This document shows positions 39,216-53,386 of a stretch of DNA of 64,000 bases, piece after piece. Position numbers and translations under genes: made by a program. Under the pieces are notes generated by a model. The model was not told where the DNA came from and did no database searches. It saw only the letters and a program-made list of their open reading frames with translations. How positions within the stretch are numbered: position 1 is the stretch's first letter; the number at the start of each line of letters is the position of its first letter. Location of the stretch: contig NC_043001.1 in the NCBI RefSeq assembly GCF_006345805.1, forward strand, positions 33,108,001-33,172,000. The letters are read 5' to 3'. The DNA comes from Octopus sinensis. Lineage: Eukaryota.

Positions 39216-40141
39216 TAAACATAAGTACGTGTGCATGTATGTGCATAAATTCCACGGTTGTTCTTTTCAACTTTATTTTGTAAGTTTAACTTTTCATATT
39301 TCATACGAATTCCTTGCATTTTTATTGATACAGAAAGGTTCTGAATCCCTCGTCAATATTTCTAGACTTCTTAGTTTCACTTTCAGTTTACAGTGATGTT
39401 GGCGTGTTTCTTTCTCTAACTCTTTATAATAGGCAATAACAATGAAATTGGTGTAAACATTACCTCGGAATTTGAATTATGACTTACTATTTATGTCATC
39501 AGCCAGCTTGTGTATGCTGTCTATTTATTTATTGAATTACTTCATCATCAATTGTCTACTTTGTAATTATGTAGAGTACAGATGTGCAGACGATCGATGT
39601 TTCCAAATTTCGTTTTGTTTTTTAATATATAATGTAATGCATCACAGTTACCCCTTGTTGTAAATATCCGATAAACTGGCGTAGACATATAAATTGTATT
39701 ATATGAATTAAATATACCCTAATTACAGAATAGATAAACATATTACGAAAACGTCGTAAAACATAGCGCATAATACAAACCGTAAATTAAGAGAAATTAT
39801 ATGTTACAGAAATACTAAAATTAAAAACATTCTGATCACTAAGGAACCACACACACACGTAAATCCGACGATAAGCTACTAATAACCAATATGGTTATAA
39901 ATTCGATTGCAAATGTGCAATTTCCTGTATACATAGGATGGGCATCTTTCAGTGTCAGTCAATCAAATCTATTCACAAGGTTTCGATGACCCAGACTATA
40001 GCAGAAAATATTTGTGTTGTGCCATGAAGTGGGGCTTTCTATCAACCGCTGTTTTGTGTGGTAAAGTGCAATACATTCCTTGTCTTTTTATGGATAACCA
40101 GCAGAAAAGTACACATTATGAATATACACATACATACATTC

Positions 40142-40478
40142 TGAGGCCCCCTTCGGTCACGACACAGATCATGGGATAGCACCTAGAAATATTCCCTCCC
40201 AAGCACAAGTCCGGGCAATGTTGTTTATGAAAGACCACCAGTCGCCCATGCATACCGGCCTTTCCTCTCAAGGCAACCAGTGTTATCCAAGGTAAAGGCA
40301 ACGGCCGATACAGCTTGGCACCTGTGACATCGCAATTATTTCTACAGCTGAGTGATCTGGAGCAACGTGAAATAAGATGCCTTGCTCAAGAACACAACAC
40401 GCAGCCCGGTCCGGGATTCGAGCCCACAACCTCACGATCGTAAGCTCGACGCTCTAACCACTGAGCCATGCGCCTTCA
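40142..40478 (-). mobile_element. tRNA-derived SINE (same head type, third tail type)
   Basis: Head gtgaaggcgcatggctcagtggttagagcgtcg...cgaatcccgg; core ttcttgagcaagg. Confidence 0.8.
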
Positions 40479-40554
40479 CATACATACATCCATACATACA
40501 TACATCCATACATACATACATAACGCATACGTGTGTGTGTGTGTGTGTGTGTGT

Positions 40555-41370
40555 GTGACACCAAATGAGGTTCATTTTTCAACATCATACCCTTACAGCC
40601 TACACACTTCTTCCATTGGCTTTGCACTGCTTGGGTCCCATTGGTGACGAGGCTATCATCTTGTTACTCTAAAAGACCATCAATAGCAAACTTGACTTCA
40701 TTATGCGATACTGATTCCCACTCAAGAGTTTTTTCTTGTTGAGAAACAAATGATAGTCAGATTAGGTCAAATTAAGAGAATAGAGAGACTGATGAACTAG
40801 TCCGAAGCCACAGTCCGCATATCAATCATTGAAAACAAGGACTTGTGTGCTGGAGCATTGTCCTTTTGAAACATGTCCCCTTTCATCGGTTTTCCTGTGC
40901 GATTAGTTTTGACAGCTTTTCGTAGCTGTTTCAGCAATTTGGTGTAGTACTCTCCATTGTTTGAAGGTAATCAATAAGTACAATGCTTTTTGCAACCCCA
41001 AAAACTAGGGTCATCACCTTCTCTGCTAATGAAACAACATTGGTCGTCTTTGGAGCAGGTGAAGAAGAGTGTTTCCACTGCATGGATTCTCTCTTTGTCT
41101 CTGGCTAAAAGTGATGAGACCAACACTTATCTTGGGTTAGGAAACGCACAAGGAAACCAGTTTGATCTATCGCAAACTATGTCAGATTTTCCTGTGGTGT
41201 GACTAGCCTGGTACGCTTTTAATCATGTGTTAGATGACGTGACGCCCAACCATTAGAAGCCTGCGTCATGCTAAATTCATTGCGCAAAATATTCTCAACT
41301 CTTTCACGGGAAATTTTGATAGTATTAGCATATCGACCAGCATGCTGTCATTTATAAGAAGAATTGAGGT
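40555..41370 (-). mobile_element. Degenerate mariner transposase
   Basis: Minus-strand translation includes RFLTQDKCWSHHF*PETKRESMQWKHSSSPAPK...KVMTLVF...GEYYTKLLKQLRKAVK...FQKDNAPAHKS (mariner DD34D motifs), with stops and frameshifts. Confidence 0.85.
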
Positions 41371-41754
41371 TAAAATTAATGCATACAAGATTTCACAAAT
41401 GTAGCATCACTCCTTCATAGTCAGCCTATGCATTTTTCACTTCACCCTCGTAAACTAGCCACAAACAAAAATAAACATCTACTCTGATATTGAATAAATT
41501 TAGCGATCAAAATTCCAGTTCCAGAGGTAACGTCTACAGCAATCACATTAGCTCATTCTATTATGAAAAGTTATGAATCGCTCGCCAACATCATTTCCTT
41601 CTGAAGATGAGACTCTGGAGGTATAGAAGCGCTGACGAAGACATGTTATGTAGACATTATTGCTGTAAGCAGATCGCTAGAATCTAAAAGAAAAAAGAAA
41701 ATATATAGAAAAATTCCGATAAAACAATGGTGTATTAAAAAGAATATATTCTTC

Positions 41755-41817
41755 GTATATATATATTATATATATATATATACATATAGAGATAGATAGA
41801 TAGATAGATAGATATAT

Positions 41818-41874
<57 letters not shown>

Positions 41875-42263
41875 GATAGATAGATACATAGATATATATA
41901 TATATAGATATATATATATAGATATAGATAGATATAGATAGATATAGATATAGATAGATATAGATAGATATATATAGATAGATAGATAGATATAGATAGA
42001 TATATATATAGATAGATAGATATAGATAGATATATATATAGATATATATAGATAGATAGATATATATATAGATATATATAGATAGATAGATATATATATA
42101 GATATATATATAGATAGATAGATATATATATAGATATATATAGATAGATAGATATATATAGATATATATAGATAGATAGATATATATAGATATATATAGA
42201 TAGATAGATAGATATATATATATATATATAGATAGATAGATAGATATATATAGATAGATAGAT

Positions 42264-42294
<31 letters not shown>

Positions 42295-43133
42295 TATATA
42301 GATATTATTAGATAGATAGATAGATATATAGATATAATAAGATAGATAGATAGATAGATATATATATAGATAGATAGATTATATATAGATAATTATATAG
42401 ATAGATAGATATATATATAGATATATATAGATATATAGATATATATATAGATATATATAGATAGATAGATATATATATAGATATATATATAGATAGATAG
42501 ATATATATATAGATAGATAGATATATAGATATATATAGATAGATAGATATATATATATATAGATAGATAGATAGATATATATAGATAGATAGATAGATAG
42601 ATAGATATATATAGATAGATAGATAGATATATAGATAGATAGATAGATATATAGATATATATATAGATAGATAGATAGATATATAGATATATATATATAG
42701 ATAGATAGATAGATATATAGATATATATATAGATAGATAGATAGATTATAGATATATATATAGATAGATAGATAGATATATATATAGATATATATATAGA
42801 TAGAGAGATATATATATAGATATATAGATATATATAGATATATATATATATATATAGATATATATAGATAGATAGATAGATATAGATAGATAGATATAGA
42901 TAGATAGATATAGATAGATATATATATATATAGATAGATATATATATATATATATATATAGATAGATAGATATATAGATAGATATATAGATAGAATATAG
43001 ATATAGATATATATATATATATATTATATATATATAGATATATAGAAAGATATTAGAGATATATATTAGATAGATATATAATATAGATAGATAGATATAT
43101 AATAGATATATATAGATAGATAGATAGATAGAT

Positions 43134-43164
<31 letters not shown>

Positions 43165-43455
43165 TATAGATAGATAGATATATAGATAGATATAGATAGA
43201 TAGATATATAGATATATATATAGATAGATAGATAGATATATAGATATATATATAGATAGATAGATATATATATAGATATATATAGATATATAGATATATA
43301 TATAGATATATATAGATAGATAGATATATAGATAGATATATATATAGATAGATAGATATATATATAGATATATATAGATAGATAGATAGATATAGATAGA
43401 TAGATAGATATAGATAGATAGATATAGATATAGATATATATATATATAGATAGAT

Positions 43456-43492
<37 letters not shown>

Positions 43493-43535
43493 TAGATATA
43501 TAGATAGATATATAGATAGATATATATATAGATAG

Positions 43536-43573
<38 letters not shown>

Positions 43574-44415
43574 TAGATATATAGATAGATATATATATAG
43601 ATAGATATATATATATATATATATATATAGATAGATATATATAAGATATATATTAGATATATATATAGATAGATATATATATATATATGATATATATATA
43701 TAATAAGATATATTATATATATATAGATATATATATAGATAGATATATATATAGATAGATATATATATAATATATAGATATAGATATATATATATATATA
43801 TATATATAGATATATAATATATATATTAGATATATATATAGATAGATATATATAATATATATATATAGAATATATACAGATATATAGATATAGATATATA
43901 TATATATATATATATATACAGATATATAGAGATATATATATATATAGATATAATATATATAGATATATAGATATATATATATATAGTATATATATACTAT
44001 ATCAGATATATAGATATATATATATATATAGTATATATATATAGATATATATTATATATATAGATATTATATAATATATAGATATATATATATAGATATA
44101 TATATATAATATGATATATAGATATATAGATGATATATATATATATATATATAGATATATATATATATAGATTATATAGATATATATAGATATATATAGA
44201 TAAGATATATATATAGAATATAGATATATATATATATAGATATATAGATATAGATATATATATATATAGATATAGATATATAGATATTATAGAGATATAT
44301 ATATAGATATATAGATATTAAGATATATAGATATAGATATAGATTAGTATATATATTATAGATTATAGATATATATATATAGATATAGATATATATATAT
44401 ATATAGATATAGATA

Positions 44416-44446
<31 letters not shown>

Positions 44447-44605
44447 AGATATATAGATATAGATATATAGATATAGATATATAGATATAGATATATAGAT
44501 ATAGATATATAGATATAGATATATATATATAGATATAGATATATAGATATATATATATAGATATATATATAGATATATAGATATATATATATATATATAT
44601 ATAGT
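41755..44605. repeat. ~2.85-kb compound (GATA)n/(TA)n satellite
   Basis: Direct inspection; the pattern becomes irregular towards the right end. Confidence 0.97.
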
Positions 44606-44619
44606 TATATTTAAGAGAT

Positions 44620-44792
44620 GAGGAATTATGTACATTATTTACATTATTTACATTCGACGGATATTTGTCCTCATCTTGCTTGTTGTTAACACAACGTTTC
44701 GGCTGATATACCCTTCATCAGGTGTCTTGGGGGAAATTTCGAATCTGGGTTCTCATTCCTAAAGTATTTTACGATGTTGTTGTTGTTGTTGA

Positions 44793-44826
<34 letters not shown>

Positions 44827-44952
44827 GTTAACATCGAAAAATACCTTAGGAATGAGAACTCAGGTTCGAAATTTCCCCAAGACACCTGATGAAAGCTGGA
44901 GGGTATATCAGCCGAAACGTCGTGTTAACAACAAACAAGATGAGGACAAATA
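44620..44952. mobile_element. Small palindromic Penelope-type non-autonomous insertion with a hammerhead in each arm
   Basis: Arms ~44661-44779 and ~44830-44952 are inverted around a (GTT)/(ATT)n spacer and point outward. Each arm carries a hammerhead motif. Confidence 0.75.
44881..44926 (+). ncRNA. Minimal type-I hammerhead ribozyme motif
   Basis: GACAC CTGATGA AA GCTG GAGGGTATAT CAGC C GAAA C GTC GTGTT: canonical core, GTC cleavage triplet, loopless palindromic stem III (ACGT), stem I GACAC/GTGTT. Confidence 0.8.
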
Positions 44953-45743
44953 TATGTTAACTGGAAATAATATATATATATATATAGCCCTTATAATAAT
45001 CTATTCTCTCAGTTAAAATTTCTCCCAAATCGAGCTTTACTCTTCTGCTTCATAAGACGGTAACCCAATTCACGTGCACGTGTACTGAGGTTCATTTAAT
45101 AGCCCAAACGCCTTTAAAGTCGTGTCACAGCACGACTTCAACCCAATCAGGAAAAACCACCAATAGAATTTAAAAGAGTTTGTGTTCTAATCGGAATTAA
45201 TGTTCCGAAAGATACTTGTTCGAACTGGTATGTATGATCAAAGGAAATACATTCTTTTATAGTTCTGTCTGTGATGGTTACGTACGGGTGTTTGGCTTAA
45301 TTTCTATGCCAGATTACGTAGAGTGGTTGCTGTTGTTGTTTAGTTCTAGTTCAGGCCTTAGAGAGCTGATTAACGGCATTCTATTGTCGCTATCCTCTCT
45401 GTTGTAGGCGTGTCAAAGATTTCATTATTTAGTGCATCCTTTCTTTATTAAAGGCAGTGCATTCTTATTATTCGTGGGAAATGTCGTTGTTATTTCTTGC
45501 CAGTAGAATGTTCTTACTTGCCTGTTTTGATTGTTATCGGTACTTAGGATTATCATCATACTATTTTAATTCTTATTCTGCTTTGAAAGCATTTAATTAA
45601 CGGAAGTGGTAGGATAACAGACAAAATATCTTGTTATATTTAGTCACTTCCTCTTAACCTTTAGTTTCTCAGTTTGAGTCTTGCAAACTTTGAGGCGACA
45701 ATGTTATCAGTCTTCAGAGATAGCCATTTTCCAGAAGCATTAG

Positions 45744-46155
45744 AGCGGCGAGCTGGCAGAATCGTTAGCACGCTGGGCGAAATACTTAGCGGTATTTCGT
45801 CTGCCGTTACGTTCTGAGTTCAAATTCCGCCGAGGTCGACTTTGCCTTTCATCCTTTTGGGGTCGATAAATTAAGTACCAGTTACGCACTGGGGTCGATG
45901 TAATCGACTTAATCCGTTTGCCTGTCCTTGTTTGTCCTCTCTGTGTTTAGCCCCTTGTGGGAAGTAAAGAAATAGGTATTTCGTCTGCCGCTACGTTCTG
46001 AGTTCAAATTCCGCCAAGGTCGACTCTGCCTTTCATCCTTTCGGGGTCGATTAAATATGTACCAGTTACGTACTAGGGTCGATGACTTAATACCTTTGAC
46101 TGTCCTTGTTTGTCCCCTCTATGTTTAGCCCCTTGTGAACAATAAAGAAATAAGA
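45744..46155 (+). mobile_element. Dimeric family-A SINE
   Basis: A full unit plus a second unit restarting at ggtatttcgtctgcc. Confidence 0.85.
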
Positions 46156-47978
46156 ATCGTTAGAGCATGATGCATTATTTAGTTATGTCACTCTAAGTTC
46201 TATGTTCAAATCCTTCCGAAATGAAATCGTGCTTATAGGGTCACAATCGTTTACACCCCCAGACGCCGAAGAAATCATTTTGTGACCATATATCTATGCA
46301 AGAAATCATAATTTTCTATTATGTAAATTTGTCTCCAAAGAAAATAATCAGATTTACGATAGAAACCAAAATCTGTTTACCGTGATTTCCTGATTTCTAA
46401 TAGAAAATTCTTCTCCGGACTCTTGCAGACATTTACTCATACACTCATACACACGGACCCCCTCCAATACAAGCGCACATAAATATTCGTTTTTTTTTCT
46501 TACTTTTGTTGTCTCTCTTTTACTTCCTTACCATCTCTACCTTCATTTCTGTCCCTCTCATTCTTTTTCTCTGTTTTCATTTCTTTGTGCTTTATATATA
46601 CACTTCATATACCTCTCTCTTACTCTCTTTCCTTCTCTCTCTCCTCCTCCATCTCTATTATCTTTCTCCTTCCTCTCTCATCTCTCTTTCCTTCTCTCTC
46701 ACTTTCTCTTTCTCTCCCTCTCCTTCTCTTTCTTCCAGTTTATTACTATATTGACATAAAAATATGTTATCTCAATTTTTTGCTTACTTTTTGTATGGTT
46801 ACCGCTGTTCCACCTCTTAGACACATAATTGTTTTTCATACTTTCTTCCACAGTTGTCTTCTCCTTTTCGTTTCACTCTCCACTTTATCGCCCTCTCCCT
46901 CACTTTACCTCTCTTTCTCTCTGCTTTCCTTCAAAGTTACCTAAACATTAACACAAGACTAAATTCGTAATTAAATGATTCTCGACTTCACCATCACACT
47001 AACTCGTAATGAATAATGAATGAGGCTTCGTTTCGATAGCTCTCTTGTAAGACATCCAAAACACCCAACCTTACTAGTGTCTCCCACCAACGAACATAGA
47101 TTTGGTCAACTTTCAAACGAAATTTGATTTGGCTTCGTTTTTAGCAACTCATATTATTAAATATAAATTTTGTTTATGGTAGATTCACGTTTTCTAGAAA
47201 TAAATACTATTTTTTTTTTGATAATGACACAAGGCTAAAGATGGTATTGCTTTCGTTATTGTTATTGCTAATATGTTGTCTCAGCTAAGCTATGATTGAG
47301 CGAACCTTTAAACAGAAGCGTTCAAGCCGTGTCCATCCTGTCTTTTACTAAATTACTCACTTGTTGGGAAAATAAATGAGTAATGTTTTATACCATGGAA
47401 GAAGAACAACAGCAATAAAACAAGACGAAGAAAAATAAGAAAATTATGAAATTGATGATGATGGTGGTGGTGGTGGTGGTGATGGTTGTGTGTGTGTGGC
47501 CTGAGCGTGTCGCGTACGTGTGTTTGTGTATGCTTTTGACAACGTTGTAACACAAAGATCAGATTAAAGAGAATGAAACCAAATGCGAATCAATAAACAT
47601 ACATTTAAGTGTAACCGGTAAAATATATTAAACAATGACATTTATTTATCTCACTTATAATGATTGACAAAAGCTTACCATGAATACATACACGTTGTGA
47701 GAAAAACCTTCTGCTACGAATATTTCAAACTGCTTTGCCCTTGGTCATTTATTTCAAATTAATTTCCACAAACGGAGAATATTTCTGTAACCACTCAGCT
47801 TGCTAAGAATAGCAGTCAAATTTTCCTTCAGTTTGCTTCCAGAAGAAAGATACAACCAGGGAGGATATTTCAGAATGTCCACATACCACAGCGGAGGACT
47901 AGAGTTAGTAGTTAGACATAACACGGGTGATAAAAGGAACGGAGACGAATTTTGGAAAGAAAACAGGAAGTTCTAGAT

Positions 47979-48226
47979 CATTGTTTCTCAACCATTTTTG
48001 GCCTATGGAACCCTTTGATTTCTGTTTTACTCTACTGGACCCCCATAGCTATTCGATGTATAGAAAAAGATCTTACTGTATTTTCATAAATATCATTAAA
48101 AATTGTATTAAAACCTTTTAAATATTTTGTTTATTGTAGGAGTATAAGTAATTTATTTCACGTAAATTTTAGCAGTAAAATCAATGAGCCCCAAAGGGCC
48201 ATATGGATCCCGGTTGAGAACCACTG
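47979..48226. mobile_element. hAT (Charlie-type) MITE
   Basis: TIRs cattgtttctcaacc / ggttgagaaccactg and a perfect 8-bp TSD TTCTAGAT (47971-47978, 48227-48234). Confidence 0.9.
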
Positions 48227-49272
48227 TTCTAGATAAACTAAATCTGAAAAGAAGGATTGCTCACAGCTACAATGTCTTTGATCATAAGCCTCCAGTATTA
48301 GGGTTTCAAGTAGAGAGCTTCTAGATATCTCGAGCAAATTTTGTGGACACTGCACGCTACAGTCCTTACTACAGACGGTTACATTAAACAATGAAGTCTT
48401 AGATATACAAGACAAATATGTAAGTACTACTAAAAATACTTTGATTAAATGTCAGCTCTATCAGAAACTTGATCTCAGAATAAACAACCACAACAAAACT
48501 GAAGCAAATCGAAATCCCTATCTGTGGGTATATGTTTGTTATCAGGAATTCTTTGTGTGAGAAACAGCATCTTTACAATGAAATTAAATTAATATCCCTG
48601 AATCAGATAAAATATTATAGAAGCAAGGAAATGTATAGAAAATAATACACTGTTTATAACAGAATCCGTCTTATTTAATTAAATTTGTTTGGATTGAAAG
48701 ACATGTCATTATTTTCTGATAATAATGTAAATGAAAACCCAGACAAACAACATTGGAAGAAAGTAATTTAGCATTTGTAGATAAATATATTAGAAGACTA
48801 GGAAAGGATTAAACATAATGAAAGTATATGAAGATTATACACATATATATATATATATATATAATAACATGTGTGTATGTGTGTGTTTATGCATGTATTT
48901 ATATCTGGTGTGTAATAGCGCGTGCATAATCAAGGTGATAAATCTGGATATATAGACATATTATACACAATTACCTACGCAAATATAATTCGGATTTGAT
49001 ACATACATACATGCATACATACGCGTGGTTGTTGTAGCAAGTTCGCTTCGCAAGCACATGGTTTCTGGTTCAATCTCACTGCGTGGCACCATGGGAAAAT
49101 TTCTTTTTCCTTTATCTCCTGGCAGATGAGTGGCTTCTGAAGTGACGCAGAGTGCTTATCTACGCTACATGTATTATTGCGCTCTTTATCATTTACTGTT
49201 TAGCCAATGCATATCATACACTCACATATGTCAAGCACTCACAGCATCATCGTTTATGTGTGTGTGTGTGTG

Positions 49273-49637
49273 TGGAGGCGCAATGGCCCAGTGGTTAGGG
49301 CAGCGGACTCGCGGTCGTAGGATCGCGGTTTCGATTCCCGAGTGTTTATTGAGCGAAAACACCTAAAGCTCCACGAGGCTCCGGCAGGGATGGTGGTGAT
49401 CCCTGCTGTACTCTTTCACCACAACTTTCTCTCACTCTTATTTTCTGTTTCTGTTGTACCTGTATTTCAAAGGGCCGGCCTTGTCACTCTCTGTGTCACG
49501 CTGAATATCCCCGAGAACTACGTTAAGGGTACACGTGTCTGTGGAGTGCTCAGCCACTTACACGTTAATTTGACAAGCAGGCTGTTCCATTGATTCGGAT
49601 CAACCGGAACCCTCGTCGTCGTAATCGACGGAATGCT
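49273..49637 (+). mobile_element. tRNA-derived SINE, family B (ggaggcgcaatggcccagtggttag...)
   Basis: tRNA-like head; the 3' tail gaaccctcgtcgtcgtaa.cgacgg is shared with 1757-2064, 3176-3474 and 33-80. Confidence 0.85.
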
Positions 49638-50223
49638 TCCAATATGTGTGTGTGAGCGCGTGTGTATGTGTGTGTATTGATAGCGACCATTTATGGTTAA
49701 CGTGTCTACTTGCATCTGTGTGGTATGCGCGTCTGAGTAGCCACAACACACAGATAATACACTAACATACACGAAACTGAAATATTAACGTATAAATATG
49801 TAGCCGATCTACGCAATAGTAGAAAAAAAATGAAAAGAAAATGGTAAAAATAAAATATATCTGCAACTTTCAACCTGAAGTTGTTCTCTTTCTTTCTATA
49901 CATGTAACGCAAAATATCAGTTATAATTACGCATTCGTAGATTACTGAGAGGTTTTTTAAGGAAAAAAATATATGTAAACTAATCAAATCCCAAACTGGC
50001 AATTAACTCTGTTACATTAGGTAATTGTAGATTTTATTTTATAGTTTATACTACCATAGCAAGCAATAGTATCGTTGGTTACAGGTTTTCAACCAGTTAA
50101 TCGTTGATTCAATGCAATCTCCACGGTAACTGTGACAAAGTGAATTCATGTAACTCTATGTATTACACATTGTAGTGAGATATCTTCATAGAGTACGTTA
50201 TATATATATATATATATATATAG

Positions 50224-50511
50224 ATACTGTGATAGCCTGTTCTTCAGAGGTCCACAGCTCTTCATTATCCTCCCGAAGGACCTGAGAGAGCTGCATGAGG
50301 TGGATGCAGATGTCTTTAAAATAAAGCTGGACCTCTTCCTGTCAGGTGCCGCAGATGAACCAACTTCACAACAGAAGGTGCAGATGAGGGTAGCTGCATC
50401 AAAGCCTCTCATGTACCAAATGTCAATTGCTAAAAAGCATTCATGAAGTAAAATCATGTAGCAACACCGAATGGCGGTGCCCCAACATGGCCGCACCTCG
50501 TGAGCTGAAAC
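50224..50511 (+). mobile_element. CR1/L2-type LINE 3' end
   Basis: Encodes FRGPQLFIILPKDLRELHEVDADVFKIKLDLFLSGAADEPTSQQKVQMRVAASKPLMYQMSIAKKHS*, followed by the tail ggcggtgccccaacatggccgca...gctgaaact. Confidence 0.7.
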
Positions 50512-50551
50512 TATATAAAGTGAAAATAAAATGAAAATGAAATATATATAT

Positions 50552-50582
<31 letters not shown>

Positions 50583-50585
<3 letters not shown>

Positions 50586-50750
50586 GGGAGAGTTTACACA
50601 AAAGACGAAGACAGGTGGTGTACAAAACAAACAGATATATAAATATAAGACTCAGGAATAGAAATAGTCTTTTACTTTTCGAGCCTACGCTCTTCTACAG
50701 AAAGGGACACAAAAAACAAGGAGAGAAAAAATGTGTGTAGTGGTTAACGA
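50583..50750 (-). mobile_element. Second copy of the CTGTNGA hammerhead-like repeat
   Basis: Minus strand 50669-50704 reads CTTT CTGTAGA A GAGC GTAG GCTC GAAA A GTA AAAG. Flanks are homologous to 36250-36440. Confidence 0.65.
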
Positions 50751-50930
50751 TAAACATATGAATAAATAAGGATAAGATCGTTAATTTAAATATCAATCTT
50801 ATCAAGTGGTCAGCATGGGAATAAAATCTTCAAATGTAATAATTATTATTAAAATTATAATTTAAAAAGTCAGGTTTTGGCTGCTATTTCCAGCGTGGCG
50901 GTATCTCTCATAGATAGATAGGTAGGTAGG

Positions 50931-50989
<59 letters not shown>

Positions 50990-52329
50990 GATTACACCAG
51001 CTTTGAGTCACCAAAGTTCTATTCATAAAGTTTTGGTGAACCTAATGCTATTGTAGAAAACATGTCCAAATTTTTACGCCGTGCTATAATTGCATGGAAT
51101 TGAATTAGGAACCAAGCCACCGTCCACTCCAATAGCTACGCTCTCACAACCCAAAATTCAATTACTCGTAAAGCAGCGTCTGAAAGGACAATATCCTATC
51201 GACTTTGTAATTTCACACCTAGAAATATTTCTGTACCAGATTTATGATTTCAGATCAATTTAGCTTTTCAAGTAAAGAGATGAAATATGTAAAATGTCTA
51301 AGTGTGACATCTGTGCTAACGAATAAATGTCTATCGAGTCATCAAAAATGTTTACACTTGGTCGCTTAAACTGCTAGAAAACCAACTAAATCTTTCTGAG
51401 AACACAATCTGTTGTCTCAAAAAAAAAAAAAGGAAGGACACATTAGACATAGCTGAGAGAATTCTAGATGCAAGGTGTCTCAAACATATACGATATTGTC
51501 ACGTTTAGAAAGTCTTTGATCATGTTAGCTTCATCAGAATCAATCTGAACTAACCATTAACAATAACGATATATGTATATTTTTTAAATACATAACAGTA
51601 CCGATAAAATGCTTTCTCGTATTTATTCCAGCTCTTTGCATTCTGATTTCGAATCTAACCAAAGCCATCTTAGTTTTATTTTTGTTTTTTTTTTCCACCA
51701 TTCTGAGAGTGGTAAAAGAATATAATTGCCAATCCCTCCCTCTCAAATTTGTGAAAATGTTTCTGTTCAAGAAATCAATGCTATTATTCTGAATAGATTA
51801 AAAGAAAGGTATTGGCTCACTATTCATATAATCTATTAAAACCTCAGTTCACTGTTCATGTAATCTCCTAAAACCTCATCCGTTTAAACTGTCTCAGCTT
51901 CTCGTCATCTTCTCATTTTTCTACATTTTTCTTCATTTTTCAGATTTTCATTTCTGTCGTCTTAGCCTTTTTGTTTTCCCATCGCTAATTGCTAATTTTT
52001 CAATTATCACTTCCTACAACCTGTTCATTCTCCCTGTCCTTCATTCCTCCTACTACGTTTACAAGTGCCTTAACTCACACTCATATCCATACTAACTTAG
52101 CTTAACTTCTCTTAGCATAGCGTCCCCTGTTTCTCTCCGACACATCTCTCACCATCCTATTAACGGCGTTACTCTGTTGTTTCTCTGTAATAGATTAAAA
52201 ACAGTATGATGATGGTGTTATTATTTAAGCTTCATAACGGAATGTTTGAGTAGATATAGGTCTAGTGTAACCTTGATTAATGTAACATTCATTTACAGTA
52301 CTGGGATCTTTCAAGGTAACTAAAAGATT

Positions 52330-52690
52330 TTAAACTTCGTATACTGGTAGAATGTGTCTATAAAACATCTTTTTCTCATGGCTTTATTGAGAAAATTCTA
52401 TAGTTTGTAAGATATTTGTTGTTTTTTTTCTTCAATTTCTGCAATTTCAACCAATCAGTGACGTCTGTTGAGTTATAAAGCATTCTGTGCCGTATGAATA
52501 TGTCCCCCGTTTAAGAAACAGATTGGGTTTATTTACATTTGTGAAGAAAAAAAGATACCCTCCCCCCCACTCCTAACCCTAACTAACCCTAACTCTAAAA
52601 GAGATTGAAATGCAATAGATCGATTCTAGGGTCATAATTATGGGTGACAATTTCATATGTCACCGCTAGAAAAAACTGCCGTTCAAACTG
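52330..52690 (-). mobile_element. Probable non-autonomous Helitron/Helentron-type element
   Basis: Internal (CTAACC)n motif and a subterminal hairpin ggtgaca...tgtcacc; non-coding. The class is assigned by resemblance only. Confidence 0.45.
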
Positions 52691-53330
52691 AAGATATCCC
52701 AGTACTCAATTATCTATTGTGTTCAGTCTTTAAATATATAGTATGGTGTAATTTGAAGGAAATTTGGCTGCTTTTTTAAGCAGGTCAGGTCTAAATATTC
52801 CCATGTCACTGGCTTCTGACACTCATTGATTAGATACAGATATTTATTCCTTAGTTGGCTTCTGATACTGTTTTGTTAACCTCTAAAACGAGGGTCTGTG
52901 TCTCTTTTGTTTGGTTTGTTGCTGGAGAAAATATTTTGACATAGTCAGTGAACCCAACTGTTAAATCAACGTTCATATTTGGTCACTGTAATATAAATAT
53001 AAATTAGTGCGTTAAACATATGGTTATACTTATGAAAGTAAGAATGAGCTTGTAAGGCAGATTTACAAGGAAATATCCTTCAAACAAAAGAAGTATTGCA
53101 TAGTTTCTCTCTTGTTTCATTAATTATTACGTGTTTAGCAAAAACAATGCGTTTAAATTCAGGACTATATTTTTTGTTTATCTTTTATTAATTTTGCCGT
53201 TAAAAAAAGAATAAAACTTGATGTGAATATTCAGTTGGTAGGCGTTTTTTTTTTGTCTCCATTACACTGACAAGCGATCGGAGAACTTCGTATTTGGTTT
53301 GATTCCATCACCCACCCACCTCTCTCTCTC

Positions 53331-53386
<56 letters not shown>

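Noticed and set aside
49273-49345. tRNA-like sequences at SINE heads
   Set aside because: They have A/B boxes but no complete cloverleaf and continue into SINE bodies, so they are not tRNA genes.
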